NCBI GenBank assembly: GCA_023248995.1
Contig: JAHFDN010000011.1
Span: forward strand, 2,676-66,675
Source of the DNA: Candidatus Rokuibacteriota bacterium
GTDB lineage: Bacteria > Methylomirabilota > Methylomirabilia > Rokubacteriales > CSP1-6
Direction of reading: 5' to 3'
Length of the DNA: 64,000 nt
The notes beneath the pieces are model-generated. The model saw only the letters and a list, made by a program, of their open reading frames with translations, searched no databases and was not told the DNA's origin. Both the position numbers and the translations under genes were made by a program. The first letter of the stretch is position 1; every line of letters begins with the position of its first letter. Shown in pieces: positions 9,575 through 20,629 of this stretch.

Positions 9575-9684
9575 CGGAGGCCTTCTCCGTCCCTCAGTAT
9601 GTCCCTGCCTTGAGAGGCTGTCCAGGGCGGGCGGGATTCAGCCGATGAAGCTTCGTGGGAAGGGGGGCGGGCCCCCCTCCGAGG

Positions 9685-10053
9685 TTAGCCGAGGTCAGGA
9701 AAGAGCGAAGGCTGCACCTGGGCGGTCGTGGCCTGCCGCCGGCCCGACGGCTTCTTGCCGCGACCCCCGGCCGGCTTGGCGCGGCGCCCGGGAGCAGGCT
9801 GGCGCTTGGGTCGGGCCCATCCCTTCTGTCGGGCGATCTTCTCCCCCTGCTTGATCACCAGCAGATCCACCAGCCGCGCCAGGGGATGGGTGAGGAGGAG
9901 CAGATACTTCTCCCAGTGGCGCGGGGAGTAGGCCAGCGTGCGCATCCGGTCAACGGCCAAGGCCAGCGCGGTGCGGTCTCCCTTGCGGGCGGCCGCTTGG
10001 AGCTGGGCGAGCACCTCTGTGGGCCTCACCCGCGAGGGAGCAGTCCTCTTCAT
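9685..10053 (-). CDS. hypothetical protein with a Lys/Arg-rich C-terminal tail (122 aa)
   Basis: Internal ATG at 10053 (MKRTAPSRV...), 15 nt downstream of the rng stop. The tail KGWARPKRQPAPGRRAKPAGGRGKKPSGRR ends in QPSLFPDLG. Confidence 0.4.
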   Translation of the reverse strand: MKRTAPSRVRPTEVLAQLQAAARKGDRTALALAVDRMRTLAYSPRHWEKYLLLLTHPLARLVDLLVIKQGEKIARQKGWARPKRQPAPGRRAKPAGGRGKKPSGRRQATTAQVQPSLFPDLG

Positions 10054-10067
10054 GCGGGTGGGTCCCG

Positions 10068-11579
10068 TTACCGCGAGATGATCTCGTACTCCTCGCGATC
10101 GAGCGAGGTCACCGGCTGAAGCGAGAGCTTCCGCTGCAAGGTCTCCTGCAGGAGTTCCAACCCCTCGCGCTCCTCCGCCTCCAGGTACTGGGCCATCTCC
10201 GGGCGCACGCGGATCAGGATCTCCTGCCCGCCCAGGTCCGCGGCCGCCGCCTGGACCTTCCGGAAGATCTCGGCGGCCAGCGTGAGGTCCGACTTGACGA
10301 CGCCGCTCCCCTTGCAGGCCGGGCACGGGGTGCAGAAGAGGGATTGCAGGTCCTGCCGCACCCGCTTGCGGGTCATCTCCACGAGCCCGAGCTCGGAGAT
10401 CTCGAGGACGTTGGTGCGCGCCTTGTCCGCGGACAGCGCCTTCGTGAGCGCGCGGAAGACCTGCTGGCGATGCTCCTCCCGCTCCATATCGATGAAGTCA
10501 ATGATGATGATCCCGCCCAGGTCGCGGAGGCGGATCTGCCGCACGACCTCCCCCACCGCCTCCAGGTTGATCTTGAGCACGGTCTGCTCGAAGTCGCGCT
10601 TGCCCACGTACTTGCCCGTGTTGACGTCGATCGCGACCAGGGCCTCGGTCTGGTCAATGACGATGTAGCCGCCGGACTTGAGCCACACGCGGCGGCGCAG
10701 GGCCTTCTCGATCTCCTTTTCGACCCCGGTGGCCTCGAACACCGGGGTGCGGCCTTCGTAGAGCTTGACGCGCGAGGCCAGGGCCGGGACCAGGGAGGAG
10801 GTATACTCCATGCACCTGGCGTAGGCGGCCGGCGTGTCCACGAGGAACTCCTCCACGTCCAACGAGAAGAGGTCGCGGACGACGCGGAAGATCAGGTCGC
10901 GCTCCTCGTGCAGCAGCGAGGGTGCGCTGGCCTGGTTGTGGCGCGCCTGGACCTGCTCCCAGAGGCGGATCAGGAACTGGACGTCGGAGGCGAACTCCTC
11001 CTCGCCCTTTCCCTCGGCCACCGTCCGGACGATGAAGCCGCCCGCCGGGGGCCGAAGGCCCCGGACGATCTGACGCAGCCGGTCGCGTTCCCGATCGTCC
11101 CTGATCCGCCGGGAGACGCCGATGTGGTGAGCGTGCGGCATGAAGACCAGAGAACGGCCCGGCAGCGAGATGAACGAGGTGATCCGCGCCCCCTTCGTCC
11201 CGAGGGACTCCTTGGACACCTGAACGAGCACCTCCTGCCCCTTCCGGAGGAGATCCTCGATGGGGACCGTCGCCTCGCGCCGCTCGACTTCCTCGACTTC
11301 GATCTCCTCCTCCTCGCTCTCCCCCAGCATGAGCCGCTCGTACTCACCCACGTTGGCCGTGTAGTCGCCGCCGTAGAGGAACCCGTCCTTCGCGAGCCCC
11401 ACGTCCACGAACGCCGCCTGCATGCCCGGCAGCACGTTGGTCACAACGCCTTTGTAGATGTTGCCCACGATGGAGCGATGGCGCCGCCGCTCGACGTAGA
11501 GCTCGGTCAGGAGGGTCCCGTCCTGGACGGCGACGCGGGTCTCGGTCACGCCCACGTTGACGACGATGCGCTTGCCCAC
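10068..11579 (-). CDS. rng: Rne/Rng family ribonuclease (RNase G-like)
   Basis: 503 aa. S1 domain (GNIYKGVVTNVLPGMQAAFVDVG), catalytic core (GGIIIIDFIDM) and a C-terminal CPxCxGxG zinc link (CTPCPACKGSG). Confidence 0.85.
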   Translation of the reverse strand: MGKRIVVNVGVTETRVAVQDGTLLTELYVERRRHRSIVGNIYKGVVTNVLPGMQAAFVDVGLAKDGFLYGGDYTANVGEYERLMLGESEEEEIEVEEVERREATVPIEDLLRKGQEVLVQVSKESLGTKGARITSFISLPGRSLVFMPHAHHIGVSRRIRDDRERDRLRQIVRGLRPPAGGFIVRTVAEGKGEEEFASDVQFLIRLWEQVQARHNQASAPSLLHEERDLIFRVVRDLFSLDVEEFLVDTPAAYARCMEYTSSLVPALASRVKLYEGRTPVFEATGVEKEIEKALRRRVWLKSGGYIVIDQTEALVAIDVNTGKYVGKRDFEQTVLKINLEAVGEVVRQIRLRDLGGIIIIDFIDMEREEHRQQVFRALTKALSADKARTNVLEISELGLVEMTRKRVRQDLQSLFCTPCPACKGSGVVKSDLTLAAEIFRKVQAAAADLGGQEILIRVRPEMAQYLEAEEREGLELLQETLQRKLSLQPVTSLDREEYEIISR

Positions 11580-11588
11580 GCCCTCACC

Positions 11589-12683
11589 TCACAGGAACTG
11601 GCGCATTCTGACCGAGAGGAGGAGGCCCACAGCCATGAGCGTGACCACCAGGGAGGAGCCGCCGTAGCTCATCAGGGGGAGCGGAATCCCCACGATGGGC
11701 AGGAGCCCCATGACCATGCCCAGGTTGATGAGGGTCTGGGCCGCCAGGAGCGCAGTGACCCCCAGCGCCAACAGCCGGCCGACCGGCTCGCGCGCGCCGG
11801 CCGCGATGTCGAAGCCCCGGAGAAGCACGAACGTGTAGCAGACCAAGAGCACCAGCGCCCCCATGAATCCCCACATCTCGGCGAACACGGCAAAGATGAA
11901 ATCCGTATGACGCTCGGGCAAGAACGCCAGGCGACTCTGGGTGGCCCCCGCCACCCCCTTGCCCAGAAGCTGTCCCGATCCGATGGCGATCTTGGACTGG
12001 ATCACGTTATAGGCGCTGCCGAGCGGATCCCTGAAGGGATCCAGATAGACGAGTAGTCGCTCGCGCTGATAATCCTTCAGCACGAGCCAGGCCAGCGGCG
12101 TCCCCGCCAGCCCGACCAGGCCGAGCCACCCCAGTTCCCTGAGCCGCACGCCGGCCCCGAACAGGAGCGCGAAGAACACCGGCAGCAGCACGAGCGCCGT
12201 GCCGAGGTCCGGCTGCCGCACCACCAGGAGGAACGGCACGACAAGGAGGCCGAGCGTCAGGCCCAGGGTCGAGCGGGCGCGCGGGTTGGCCCACCGGGCG
12301 GTCAGCACCCAGGTCAGCGTGATGAGAAAGATGAACTTGAAGAGCTCCGCGGGCTGGAGCGTCAAGGGCCCGAGGGGGAGCCACCGACGCGCCCCGGACA
12401 CCGAGCGCCCGACGGCGAACACCAGCAGCAAGAGGGCGATGCCGACCACATAGAGGATGGGGGCACCCCGCACCAGGTTCCGGTAGTCCACGCTGGCGAT
12501 CAGAACCAGGGCGAGGAGCCCCACGGCGAGCCACAAGAGCTGGCGCCAGACCGCCCCGCTCCCGTGCCGGCCCGGGGAGAGGCTCCAGAGCGTCAGAAGC
12601 CCGAGGCCCACCGGCACCAGGGCCGAGGCCAGCAGAAGCCAGTCCACGTTCTGCAGGAGCCGCCGATCGATCCTGAGCATCAT
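11589..12683 (-). CDS. rodA: rod shape-determining protein RodA (SEDS glycosyltransferase)
   Basis: Internal start MMLRIDRRLLQNVDWLLL in track ORF 11589..13355. Polytopic SEDS pattern (QPAELFK, LPERHTDFIFAV, SYGGSS). The start overlaps the mrdA stop as ATGA. Confidence 0.85.
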   Translation of the reverse strand: MMLRIDRRLLQNVDWLLLASALVPVGLGLLTLWSLSPGRHGSGAVWRQLLWLAVGLLALVLIASVDYRNLVRGAPILYVVGIALLLLVFAVGRSVSGARRWLPLGPLTLQPAELFKFIFLITLTWVLTARWANPRARSTLGLTLGLLVVPFLLVVRQPDLGTALVLLPVFFALLFGAGVRLRELGWLGLVGLAGTPLAWLVLKDYQRERLLVYLDPFRDPLGSAYNVIQSKIAIGSGQLLGKGVAGATQSRLAFLPERHTDFIFAVFAEMWGFMGALVLLVCYTFVLLRGFDIAAGAREPVGRLLALGVTALLAAQTLINLGMVMGLLPIVGIPLPLMSYGGSSLVVTLMAVGLLLSVRMRQFL

Positions 12684-14485
12684 CCCGGAAAGCCCCCCGC
12701 AGCGACCTTTTCGAGGAAAATGCCGTGCAGGATCTGGCGCGCGATGGGGGCTGCCGCCTGGCCGCCCCGGCCTCCCCGCTCGACGAGCACGACCACCACG
12801 ACCTGCGGATCCTCCGCAGGCGCATAGGCGGCGAACCAGGCGTGATCCTGCCCCCGCGCGGCGTCGCTGTTCGCGATGATCTGGGCGGTGCCCGTCTTGC
12901 CGGCGACGTCGATCCCCGGGAGCCGTGCCGCGGCTCCGGTGCCGCCGTCGTTGACCACGCCCCACAGGCTCTTCCGCAGAAACGCCCACACCGCCGGCGA
13001 CAGATCCACATAGCCGGTCATCTGGCTCGGCTCCGCATAGAGGAGGTGGCCGTCGGCGCTCTCCACCCGCTGGAGGAGGCGCGGCTTCCAGAGGATGCCC
13101 TCGGTTGCCACCGCGGCCATCAGGCGCGCCACTTGCAGCGGCGTGACGAGGAGCTGACCCTGGCCGATGGAGATATTGACCGTGTCGCCGGCCCGCCGTC
13201 CGAACCGTCCCCGCTCCCCCGGATCGGGCACCCGGCCCGGCTTCTCCCCGGCCAGGGCGATCCCGGTGGGCTCCCCGAGGCCGAAGGCCCGGGCGTAGCG
13301 CTCCATGGTCGCGAGCCCCACCTTGAGGCCGACTTGGTAGAAGAACGTGTTGCACGACCGGACGAGGGCGCGATAGAGGTCAATGTCGCCCCAGTCCGCG
13401 TCATCCCAGTTCTTGAAGATCCGCGGCCCCAGCTGGAAGGTAGGGCCGCAATGCAGTCGATCGAAGGGGGTGATCACCCCCTCCTGGAGCGCCGCGGCGG
13501 TGACCACGATCTTGAAGATGGATCCGGGCGCGTACTGGCTCTGAATCGCCCGGTTCAGGAGCGGGAACTGCGGGTCGCGCACCAGGCGCAGCCAGGCCTC
13601 GCGTCCGAGGGCGCCGGTGAAGCGGTCCAGGTCGAAGGCGGGGCTCGAGGTCAGCGCGAGGACATCGCCGCTCCTGGGATCCAGCACCACGACCGCCCCG
13701 GCGCGGTCTCCCATGGCGCGCTCGACCACCTCCTGGATGCGCCGATCCACCGTCGTCACCACGTGCGCGCCGGGGCGCGGCTCCTGGCGCCGCACCACTC
13801 GCACCGGCCGACCGAGGGCGTCCACCTCGATCTCTTCGCCCCCGTCCCGGCCCTTGAGATACTCGTCGAGCAGCCGCTCGAGCCCGCTCTGCCCGGCCAT
13901 GTCCCCGCGCCGGTAGCGCCCCTGCCGCATCTGATCCTCGCTGACCTCCCGGACGTAGCCGAGCAGATGCGCCCCCAGGCGCGGACCCGGATACACCCGC
14001 TGGGGCTCCACCTCCACCACGACGCCGGGGAGCTCCAGCTTCCACTCTTCGACCTTGGCGACCTCCTCCATCGTGAGGCCACGCCTTACGCGCACGGGCA
14101 TGAACGAGTCGGGCGGGACCCGCGCCAGCAGCTCCTGGAGCTCGCCCAGCGGGATTTTGAGGAGCAAGTGAAGGCGCGCCAGCACGGTTGGGCGGTTCTC
14201 CATCTCGCGCGGGATCAGAGAAAGCGTGAAGGCAGGGCGGTTATCCACCAGCGCCAGGCCGTTGCGATCGAAGAGAATGCCGCGGGGCGCCGCCGCCGGC
14301 CGGACCCGGATCCGGTTCCTCTCGGAAAGGTCGCGCAACCGCCCGCCCTCGAGCACCTGGAGGTACCAGAGCTGTCCCAGGAGCACCAGGAAACCGACCA
14401 GCGTGCAGGCGGTGAGAACGAGGAGCCGCCGGGCGAACGGATCGCGCCAGGCGCCGCCCCAGGGGCGGACTTCCCTCAGCGCCAT
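12680..14485 (-). CDS. mrdA: penicillin-binding protein 2
   Basis: Internal ATG at 14485 (MALREVRPWGG...). N-terminal TM helix, PBP dimerisation domain, transpeptidase motifs SIFK, SCN and KTGTAQ. Confidence 0.85.
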   Translation of the reverse strand: MALREVRPWGGAWRDPFARRLLVLTACTLVGFLVLLGQLWYLQVLEGGRLRDLSERNRIRVRPAAAPRGILFDRNGLALVDNRPAFTLSLIPREMENRPTVLARLHLLLKIPLGELQELLARVPPDSFMPVRVRRGLTMEEVAKVEEWKLELPGVVVEVEPQRVYPGPRLGAHLLGYVREVSEDQMRQGRYRRGDMAGQSGLERLLDEYLKGRDGGEEIEVDALGRPVRVVRRQEPRPGAHVVTTVDRRIQEVVERAMGDRAGAVVVLDPRSGDVLALTSSPAFDLDRFTGALGREAWLRLVRDPQFPLLNRAIQSQYAPGSIFKIVVTAAALQEGVITPFDRLHCGPTFQLGPRIFKNWDDADWGDIDLYRALVRSCNTFFYQVGLKVGLATMERYARAFGLGEPTGIALAGEKPGRVPDPGERGRFGRRAGDTVNISIGQGQLLVTPLQVARLMAAVATEGILWKPRLLQRVESADGHLLYAEPSQMTGYVDLSPAVWAFLRKSLWGVVNDGGTGAAARLPGIDVAGKTGTAQIIANSDAARGQDHAWFAAYAPAEDPQVVVVVLVERGGRGGQAAAPIARQILHGIFLEKVAAGGFPG

Positions 14486-14970
14486 AAGGACCCGCTCCGC
14501 CAGGATTCGGCGACGCTCAGGGCCAGGACGCTGGCCGCGCCGAGGGCGCCGTTGTAGAGGGCCTGGGGCAGGACCACGTAGAGCATCAGGTCCCCGAAGG
14601 AGGCGGGGAAGTGGAAGAACTGGAGGAGGCAGTAGCGCGTCAGGCCCTCCGCGAACGTGAGGAGCACCAGGCCCGGCACCTGGACCAGCGGATCGGAGAC
14701 CCACAAGCGCCCGGCGATCTGCCCGGCGGCGAAGCCGGCCAGCGCCTTGGTGAGAGCCTGGGCGCCGACAAAGCCTCCCGCCGCCGCGTCCTGAATGAGT
14801 CCCATCACGAATCCGGACAGGCACCCGACCTCCGCGCCCCTGGAGAGACCGAGGAACACGGCGAGGATGAGCGGGATATCCGGAGACACGCCGCCGATCC
14901 GGAGCGCCGGGGCTACACTGGTCTGGGCCAGGCCGCCGCCGAGAAGCGCCAAAGCCAACGTGAGACGCAT
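14476..14970 (-). CDS. mreD: rod shape-determining protein MreD
   Basis: Internal ATG at 14970 (MRLTLALALLGG...). 164-aa polytopic protein lying between mreC and mrdA. Overlaps the mrdA start by 10 nt. Confidence 0.7.
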   Translation of the reverse strand: MRLTLALALLGGGLAQTSVAPALRIGGVSPDIPLILAVFLGLSRGAEVGCLSGFVMGLIQDAAAGGFVGAQALTKALAGFAAGQIAGRLWVSDPLVQVPGLVLLTFAEGLTRYCLLQFFHFPASFGDLMLYVVLPQALYNGALGAASVLALSVAESWRSGSLWR

Positions 14971-14975
14971 GGGGC

Positions 14976-15818
14976 TCAGGTCTCGGGGCGAGCGGCGAAC
15001 TGGGGGAAGAGATCCGCCCCGGTCTGTCCGGTCAGGAGCAGGACCTCCTCCACCCGGGCAAAGTCCGCCACGGGGGCGAGCTTGGCGTAGTGAAAGAGCG
15101 CCGAGCCCCTGTCCTCCACTGCCGTCACCCAGCCGACGGGCAAGCCCTTGGGAAACACCCCACCCAGGCCCGAGGTCACGACGAGGTCGCCGACCTGGAT
15201 GCCGCCGTCGCGGGCCATGAACTTCAGGCGCACCGTTCCCATCGGGTCGCCCTCGGCCACGCCCGCGGTCCGCGTGCGCTGCACCATGACCGCCACGGCC
15301 GAGGAGGGATCGTTCAGCAGCTGGACGACGGCCGCGCGCGCGCGCACCTCCACCACCCGCCCGAACAGGCCCTCCGGTACGATCGCCGGCGTGAGCCTCG
15401 CGATCCCGTCGCTCCGGCCGCGGTTCACCGTGACCGATCGAACCCAGCCGCCCCACTCCTTGGCGATGACTTCTCCCGCCACCGTGGAGAGGGGGAGACG
15501 ATCCCGGAGGGCGAGGAGGCGGCGCAGGCGCAGATTTTCTTTCTGGGTCTCGTCCACCTGGAGCGACCGGACGTGCAGGCGCTCCACCTCCGAGCGGAGA
15601 GCCTGGTTCTCTCTCCGGACACTCTTCCAGACGAGGTAGGCAGACCACACGCCCACGGCCGACCGGTGGATGGTGGTGAGCGCGGTCTCGAGCGGGGTGA
15701 TGACGACCGCGATGAGGTCGCCGGGGCGCCGCGCTCCCCCTCCCCGGTTGCCGAGGCTCAGCAGCAGGAGGGAGACCACGAGCACCGATACCAGGAGTGC
15801 GTACGTCCTATATCTCAC
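14976..15818 (-). CDS. mreC: rod shape-determining protein MreC
   Basis: 280 aa. N-terminal TM helix, coiled coil (ENQALRSEVERLHVR...ENLRLRRLL), and beta-barrel domains with VVTSGLGGVFPKGLPVG. Confidence 0.85.
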   Translation of the reverse strand: MRYRTYALLVSVLVVSLLLLSLGNRGGGARRPGDLIAVVITPLETALTTIHRSAVGVWSAYLVWKSVRRENQALRSEVERLHVRSLQVDETQKENLRLRRLLALRDRLPLSTVAGEVIAKEWGGWVRSVTVNRGRSDGIARLTPAIVPEGLFGRVVEVRARAAVVQLLNDPSSAVAVMVQRTRTAGVAEGDPMGTVRLKFMARDGGIQVGDLVVTSGLGGVFPKGLPVGWVTAVEDRGSALFHYAKLAPVADFARVEEVLLLTGQTGADLFPQFAARPET

Positions 15819-15924
15819 CAGCGGCCCCCAGACGCGACCCGACCCTCCACCGCATCCGCGCCGTCCGCGCGGAGACCCGCCGCGGGCGCCCGGAGCCCGG
15901 GCCCGGGGGCGCCTTCTTCCGCGA

Positions 15925-16989
<1,065 letters not shown>

Positions 16990-17171
16990 CTAGCACGAGG
17001 CCGGGGGGCCGAACAAGAAAAGGGAAAATGACCCCCCTCTCCTCTTCTCCTCCCTACACGCAAAGCGCGAGCGAAGCGAGCCTATATGGGGCGAAGCCCA
17101 TCCTTTGCGGGCACCCGCGTAGCGGGTCGCGGTACCCGACCCTTGCGGTCGGGTCGGGGTGAGGGGCCCCG

Positions 17172-17889
17172 CTACTTGAGGCCGAACAACGCGGGGAGGG
17201 CCGTGGACAAGCCCGGCCACTCGGTCACGATCACCAGGGCCCCGAGCATCGCGAGGACGAACGGCCACACCGCCCGCGCGATCTCGTCGAACGACACGCG
17301 GGCGATGTTCGCGGCCACGTAGAGGTTCACCGCCACGGGCGGCGTCACCTGCCCGATGGCGATGTTCACCGTCAGCACCACGCCGATCCAGACGGGATTC
17401 CAGCCGAACGCGGCCATGATCGGCATGATGATCGGCACGAAGATGCAATAAATCGAGATGGCGTCGAGAAGATAGCCCGCCAGAAAGACGAGCAGGTTGA
17501 TTGCCCAGAGCACCACCCAGGAGTTCTTCGACAGCCCCAGCAGCGCCTTGGCGATCTGGTCAATGACCCCCATCGTCGCCCCGGCCCACGCGTAGAGGCC
17601 GGCGAAGCCGACGATGATCAGCGGCGCCAGGAGCGCCCAGAAGGCGCCGCGTGCCGAAGCGCTCGCCCCGCCAGCCATGCCGGCGCGCGATGAGGGAGGC
17701 CGGGACCGCCAGGCACGCCCCCACGATCAGGCCCGGCAGGACGCCGGCGGCGAAGAGCGCCGGAATCGAGGTGTTGGTGATGACCCCGTAGATGATGAAC
17801 GCGATCGACGGAGGTATGATGATCGCGATGGAGCCCCCCGAGGCGATGAGCGCCGAGGCGAAGGACTTCGCGTAGCCGCGCGCCGCCAT
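17172..17889 (-). pseudogene. remnant of a TRAP transporter large permease (DctM), 5'-truncated and frameshifted
   Basis: Two overlapping frames (17560..17889 and 17172..17678) carry only C-terminal DctM-like sequence (GGSIAIIIPPSIAFIIYG; INLLVFLAGYLLDAISIYCIFVPIIMP; VNIAIGQVTPPVAVNLYV). There is no N-terminal half and no adjacent DctQ or DctP. Confidence 0.55.
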
Positions 17890-17966
17890 GGTGGGGATCG
17901 GGATGGTCCCGAGCGCGGCCGTGTCCGCTTGACAGTCCGGAGCCGCCCCATGAAAATGGCCTCGCG

Positions 17967-19001
17967 ATGAGCCAGGACGAGATCGAGCAGTGGTTCGACC
18001 GGGGCGTGAGCGACGGCCTGCCCGTCGTCCCGCCGACGGTCGAACGGGTGGCGCGCATGCTCGCCGGGATGGGCCGCGGGCGCGACGAACTGGTGGGCGA
18101 GATCCCGCCCAACTACGGCCGCGCCACGATCGAGAAGATCGCCGTCAACGCGGTGATGGCCGGCTGCCGCCCCGATTACCTCCCGGTGCTCCTGGCCGCG
18201 GTGGAGGCCACCTGCGATCCCGCGTTCAACCTGCACGGCCTCCAGGCGACCACCCACTTCGCGGCGCCGCTCCTCATCGTCAACGGCCCGATCCGCTCCC
18301 GCATCGCCCTCAACGCGGGCTTCGGCGTCTTCGGCCCAGGGGCGCGCGCCAACGCGACGATCGGCCGCGCCCTCCGGCTCATCCTGATGAATCTGGGCGG
18401 CGCCCGACCGGGCGAGATCTCCATGTCCACCTTCGGCCACCCCGGGCGCTACACGTACTGCATCGCCGAGCACGAAGAGGCGAGCCCCTGGGAACCGCTC
18501 CACGTCGAGCGCGGGCTCCAGCGCGAGGACAGCGCGGTGACGCTCTTCGCGGCGGAGGCGCCGCACGGCATCTCCGACCACGCGAGCCGCACGGCGAAAA
18601 GCCTGGCCGGCTCGCTCGGCTGGTCCATGGCGTGCCTCTGGAACGCCAAGCACTTCCCCCTCTACTCCCAGACGATGCTCGTGGTCGGCCCGGAGCACGC
18701 CCGGACGTTCAAGGACGACGGCTGGTCGAAGGCCGACCTCAAGCGCTTCCTGGTCGAGACCATCCGGCGCCCGTACGGGGAGCTCCTCCCCGACGAGGGG
18801 AACGGCGAAGGGACGACCCTCCGCTTCGCTGCCGAGCCCCCCGCGCCTCATGCGCTGATCCCCAAGTTCGCCTCCGTGGAAGATCTCCATGTAGTCGTGG
18901 CCGGAGGCACGGCCGGGCGCTTTTCGGTGGCGATCCCAGGGTGGCTCGGGACCAAGCACGGCTCCCGGGCCGTCACCAAGCGGATTCAGGATATTCCTTG
19001 A
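17967..19001 (+). CDS. conserved hypothetical protein (344 aa)
   Basis: Compositionally normal ORF (GLPVVPPTVERV..., NAVMAGCRPDYLPV, GPGARANATIGRALRL). I do not recognise the family. Confidence 0.5.
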   Translation: MSQDEIEQWFDRGVSDGLPVVPPTVERVARMLAGMGRGRDELVGEIPPNYGRATIEKIAVNAVMAGCRPDYLPVLLAAVEATCDPAFNLHGLQATTHFAAPLLIVNGPIRSRIALNAGFGVFGPGARANATIGRALRLILMNLGGARPGEISMSTFGHPGRYTYCIAEHEEASPWEPLHVERGLQREDSAVTLFAAEAPHGISDHASRTAKSLAGSLGWSMACLWNAKHFPLYSQTMLVVGPEHARTFKDDGWSKADLKRFLVETIRRPYGELLPDEGNGEGTTLRFAAEPPAPHALIPKFASVEDLHVVVAGGTAGRFSVAIPGWLGTKHGSRAVTKRIQDIP

Positions 19002-19026
19002 CACCGGAGGAATGATCCTGTAGTGT
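18998..19026 (+). promoter_or_regulatory. sigma-70-type promoter of csp copy 1
   Basis: TTGACA-N17-TAGTGT. The -35 box overlaps the TGA of the upstream gene. Confidence 0.5.
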
Positions 19027-19032
19027 AAGGAT

Positions 19033-19197
19033 CGGTTCTAGGTTCCAAACGCGTTCGAGAGTCGATCAGATTCAAAGGTAACGCCGTGAGGACTAGGTCC
19101 TGCGGCGTTTTTGTTTGTCCCCAAATTAATGGGGGCACCCCGGCCATGGTGGCCGGGTATCACCGGGGCATGCGCCCCAAGAAAGAGGTAAAGCAGC
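19033..19197 (+). promoter_or_regulatory. structured csp 5' leader, copy 1
   Basis: From about 19078 it is nearly collinear with the copy-2 leader: a terminator-like hairpin AACGCCG...CGGCGTT plus TTTTGTTTG, then three further hairpins and the SD AAGAAAGAGG. Confidence 0.5.
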
Positions 19198-19398
19198 ATG
19201 GCGACAGGCAGCGTGAAATGGTTCAACGACGCGAAGGGGTACGGCTTCATCACCCAGGAGGGCGGCGAGGACGTCTTCGTCCATTACAGCGCCATTCAGG
19301 CCGGGGGCTTCAAGAGCTTGGCCGAGGGTGACAAGGTGGAGTTCGAGGTCACCAAGGGACCCAAGGGGCTCCAGGCCGCCAACGTTCGGAAGATCTAA
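19198..19398 (+). CDS. cold-shock protein (CspA family)
   Basis: 66 aa. [15 protein letters not shown] (RNP1) and VFVHYSAI (RNP2). Confidence 0.9.
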   Translation: MATGSVKWFNDAKGYGFITQEGGEDVFVHYSAIQAGGFKSLAEGDKVEFEVTKGPKGLQAANVRKI

Positions 19399-19498
19399 CG
19401 ATCACCGCTTCGCTCAGGGGTCCGGGCCTTCGGGCCCGGGCCCCTGCCACCCAACCCGAAATCCTGATTCCGGAAACCGGAGAAAGATCCGTTCACTC

Positions 19499-20629
19499 AT
19501 GGACTGTTCACTCACGTTCGAATCACTGAAACTTTCCAACGAGATCATGGCCGACGTCCGACGGGCGGGCTTTGAGGCCCCCACGCCCATCCAGGCCCAG
19601 GCGATTCCACTGGCGCTAGCCGGCAGCGACCTGATTGGCTGCGCCCAGACAGGTACCGGCAAGACGGCCGCCTTCGCGATCCCGATCATCGAGCGCTTGG
19701 CCGGCGGCGCAGGGCTGCGGGCGCTGATCCTGGCTCCCACCCGGGAGCTGGCGCTTCAGATCCGGGAATGCTTTGATACGCTTGGAGCCGGGCGTCACGT
19801 GCGCGCGGCCGCGGTGATCGGGGGCGAGGCCATAGGGCCGCAGTTCGAGGCACTCCGCCGCCGACCCGACGTCCTGGTCGCGACCCCCGGGCGCCTCCTC
19901 GACCACCTGGATCGCCGGAGTCTCTCCCTCGGATTCCTCCGCATCCTCGTCCTGGACGAAGCCGACCGAATGCTCGACATGGGGTTCGCCCCCCAGCTCG
20001 AACGCATCCTGAAGCATGTGCCTCTGGACCGCCAGACGCTGTGCTTCTCGGCCACGATGCCGCCCCCGATGGAGCAGCTGGTGCGCCGTCACCTGGTCCG
20101 CCCCGTCCGCGTCCAGATCGGGCCGGCAGCGCGCCCGGTTGGAAAAGTCAGCCAAGTTCTCTATCCGCTGCATCGCGACGAGAAGACTCCCCTGCTCCTG
20201 TCCCTGCTGAGAGGCGAGCAGGGGAAAGTCCTGATCTTCACGCGCACGAAGCACCGGGCCGACCGCCTAGCGCGTGCCGTCGGGGCGGCGGGACACCGGG
20301 TTGCGCGCATTCACGCGGATCGGAGCCAGTCAGAGCGGCGAAGGGCGCTGGACGGCTTTCGCGCGGGGTCCTACCAGGTGCTTGTGGCCACAGACATCGC
20401 CGCCCGGGGGATCGACGTGGCCAACATCGCCCACGTCATCAACTACGACCTGCCGGCGACACCGGAGGACTATATCCACCGGATCGGGCGCACCGCCCGG
20501 GCCGAGGCGAGCGGCGTGGCTTCCAGCTTCGCCGCCCCCGAGGAGGGCGACCAGCTCCGGGCCATCGAGCGCCACCTGGGCGGGCCCCTCCGCCGGGAGC
20601 GCGGACGACCCCACTCAAATCGGAGTTGA
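19499..20629 (+). CDS. DEAD-box ATP-dependent RNA helicase
   Basis: Internal ATG at 19499 (MDCSLTFESLKL...). Q motif PTPIQ, AQTGTGKT, DEAD (VLDEADRM), SAT, HRIGRTAR. The upstream part of track ORF 19328.. overlaps the csp 3' region. Confidence 0.9.
   Translation: MDCSLTFESLKLSNEIMADVRRAGFEAPTPIQAQAIPLALAGSDLIGCAQTGTGKTAAFAIPIIERLAGGAGLRALILAPTRELALQIRECFDTLGAGRHVRAAAVIGGEAIGPQFEALRRRPDVLVATPGRLLDHLDRRSLSLGFLRILVLDEADRMLDMGFAPQLERILKHVPLDRQTLCFSATMPPPMEQLVRRHLVRPVRVQIGPAARPVGKVSQVLYPLHRDEKTPLLLSLLRGEQGKVLIFTRTKHRADRLARAVGAAGHRVARIHADRSQSERRRALDGFRAGSYQVLVATDIAARGIDVANIAHVINYDLPATPEDYIHRIGRTARAEASGVASSFAAPEEGDQLRAIERHLGGPLRRERGRPHSNRS

Noticed and set aside
9594-9624. MerR/CueR-type promoter for copA (minus strand TGGACA-N19-TACTGA)
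   Set aside because: The 19-nt spacer is suggestive, but I could not find the expected dyad-symmetric operator within it. Both hexamers are only moderate matches.
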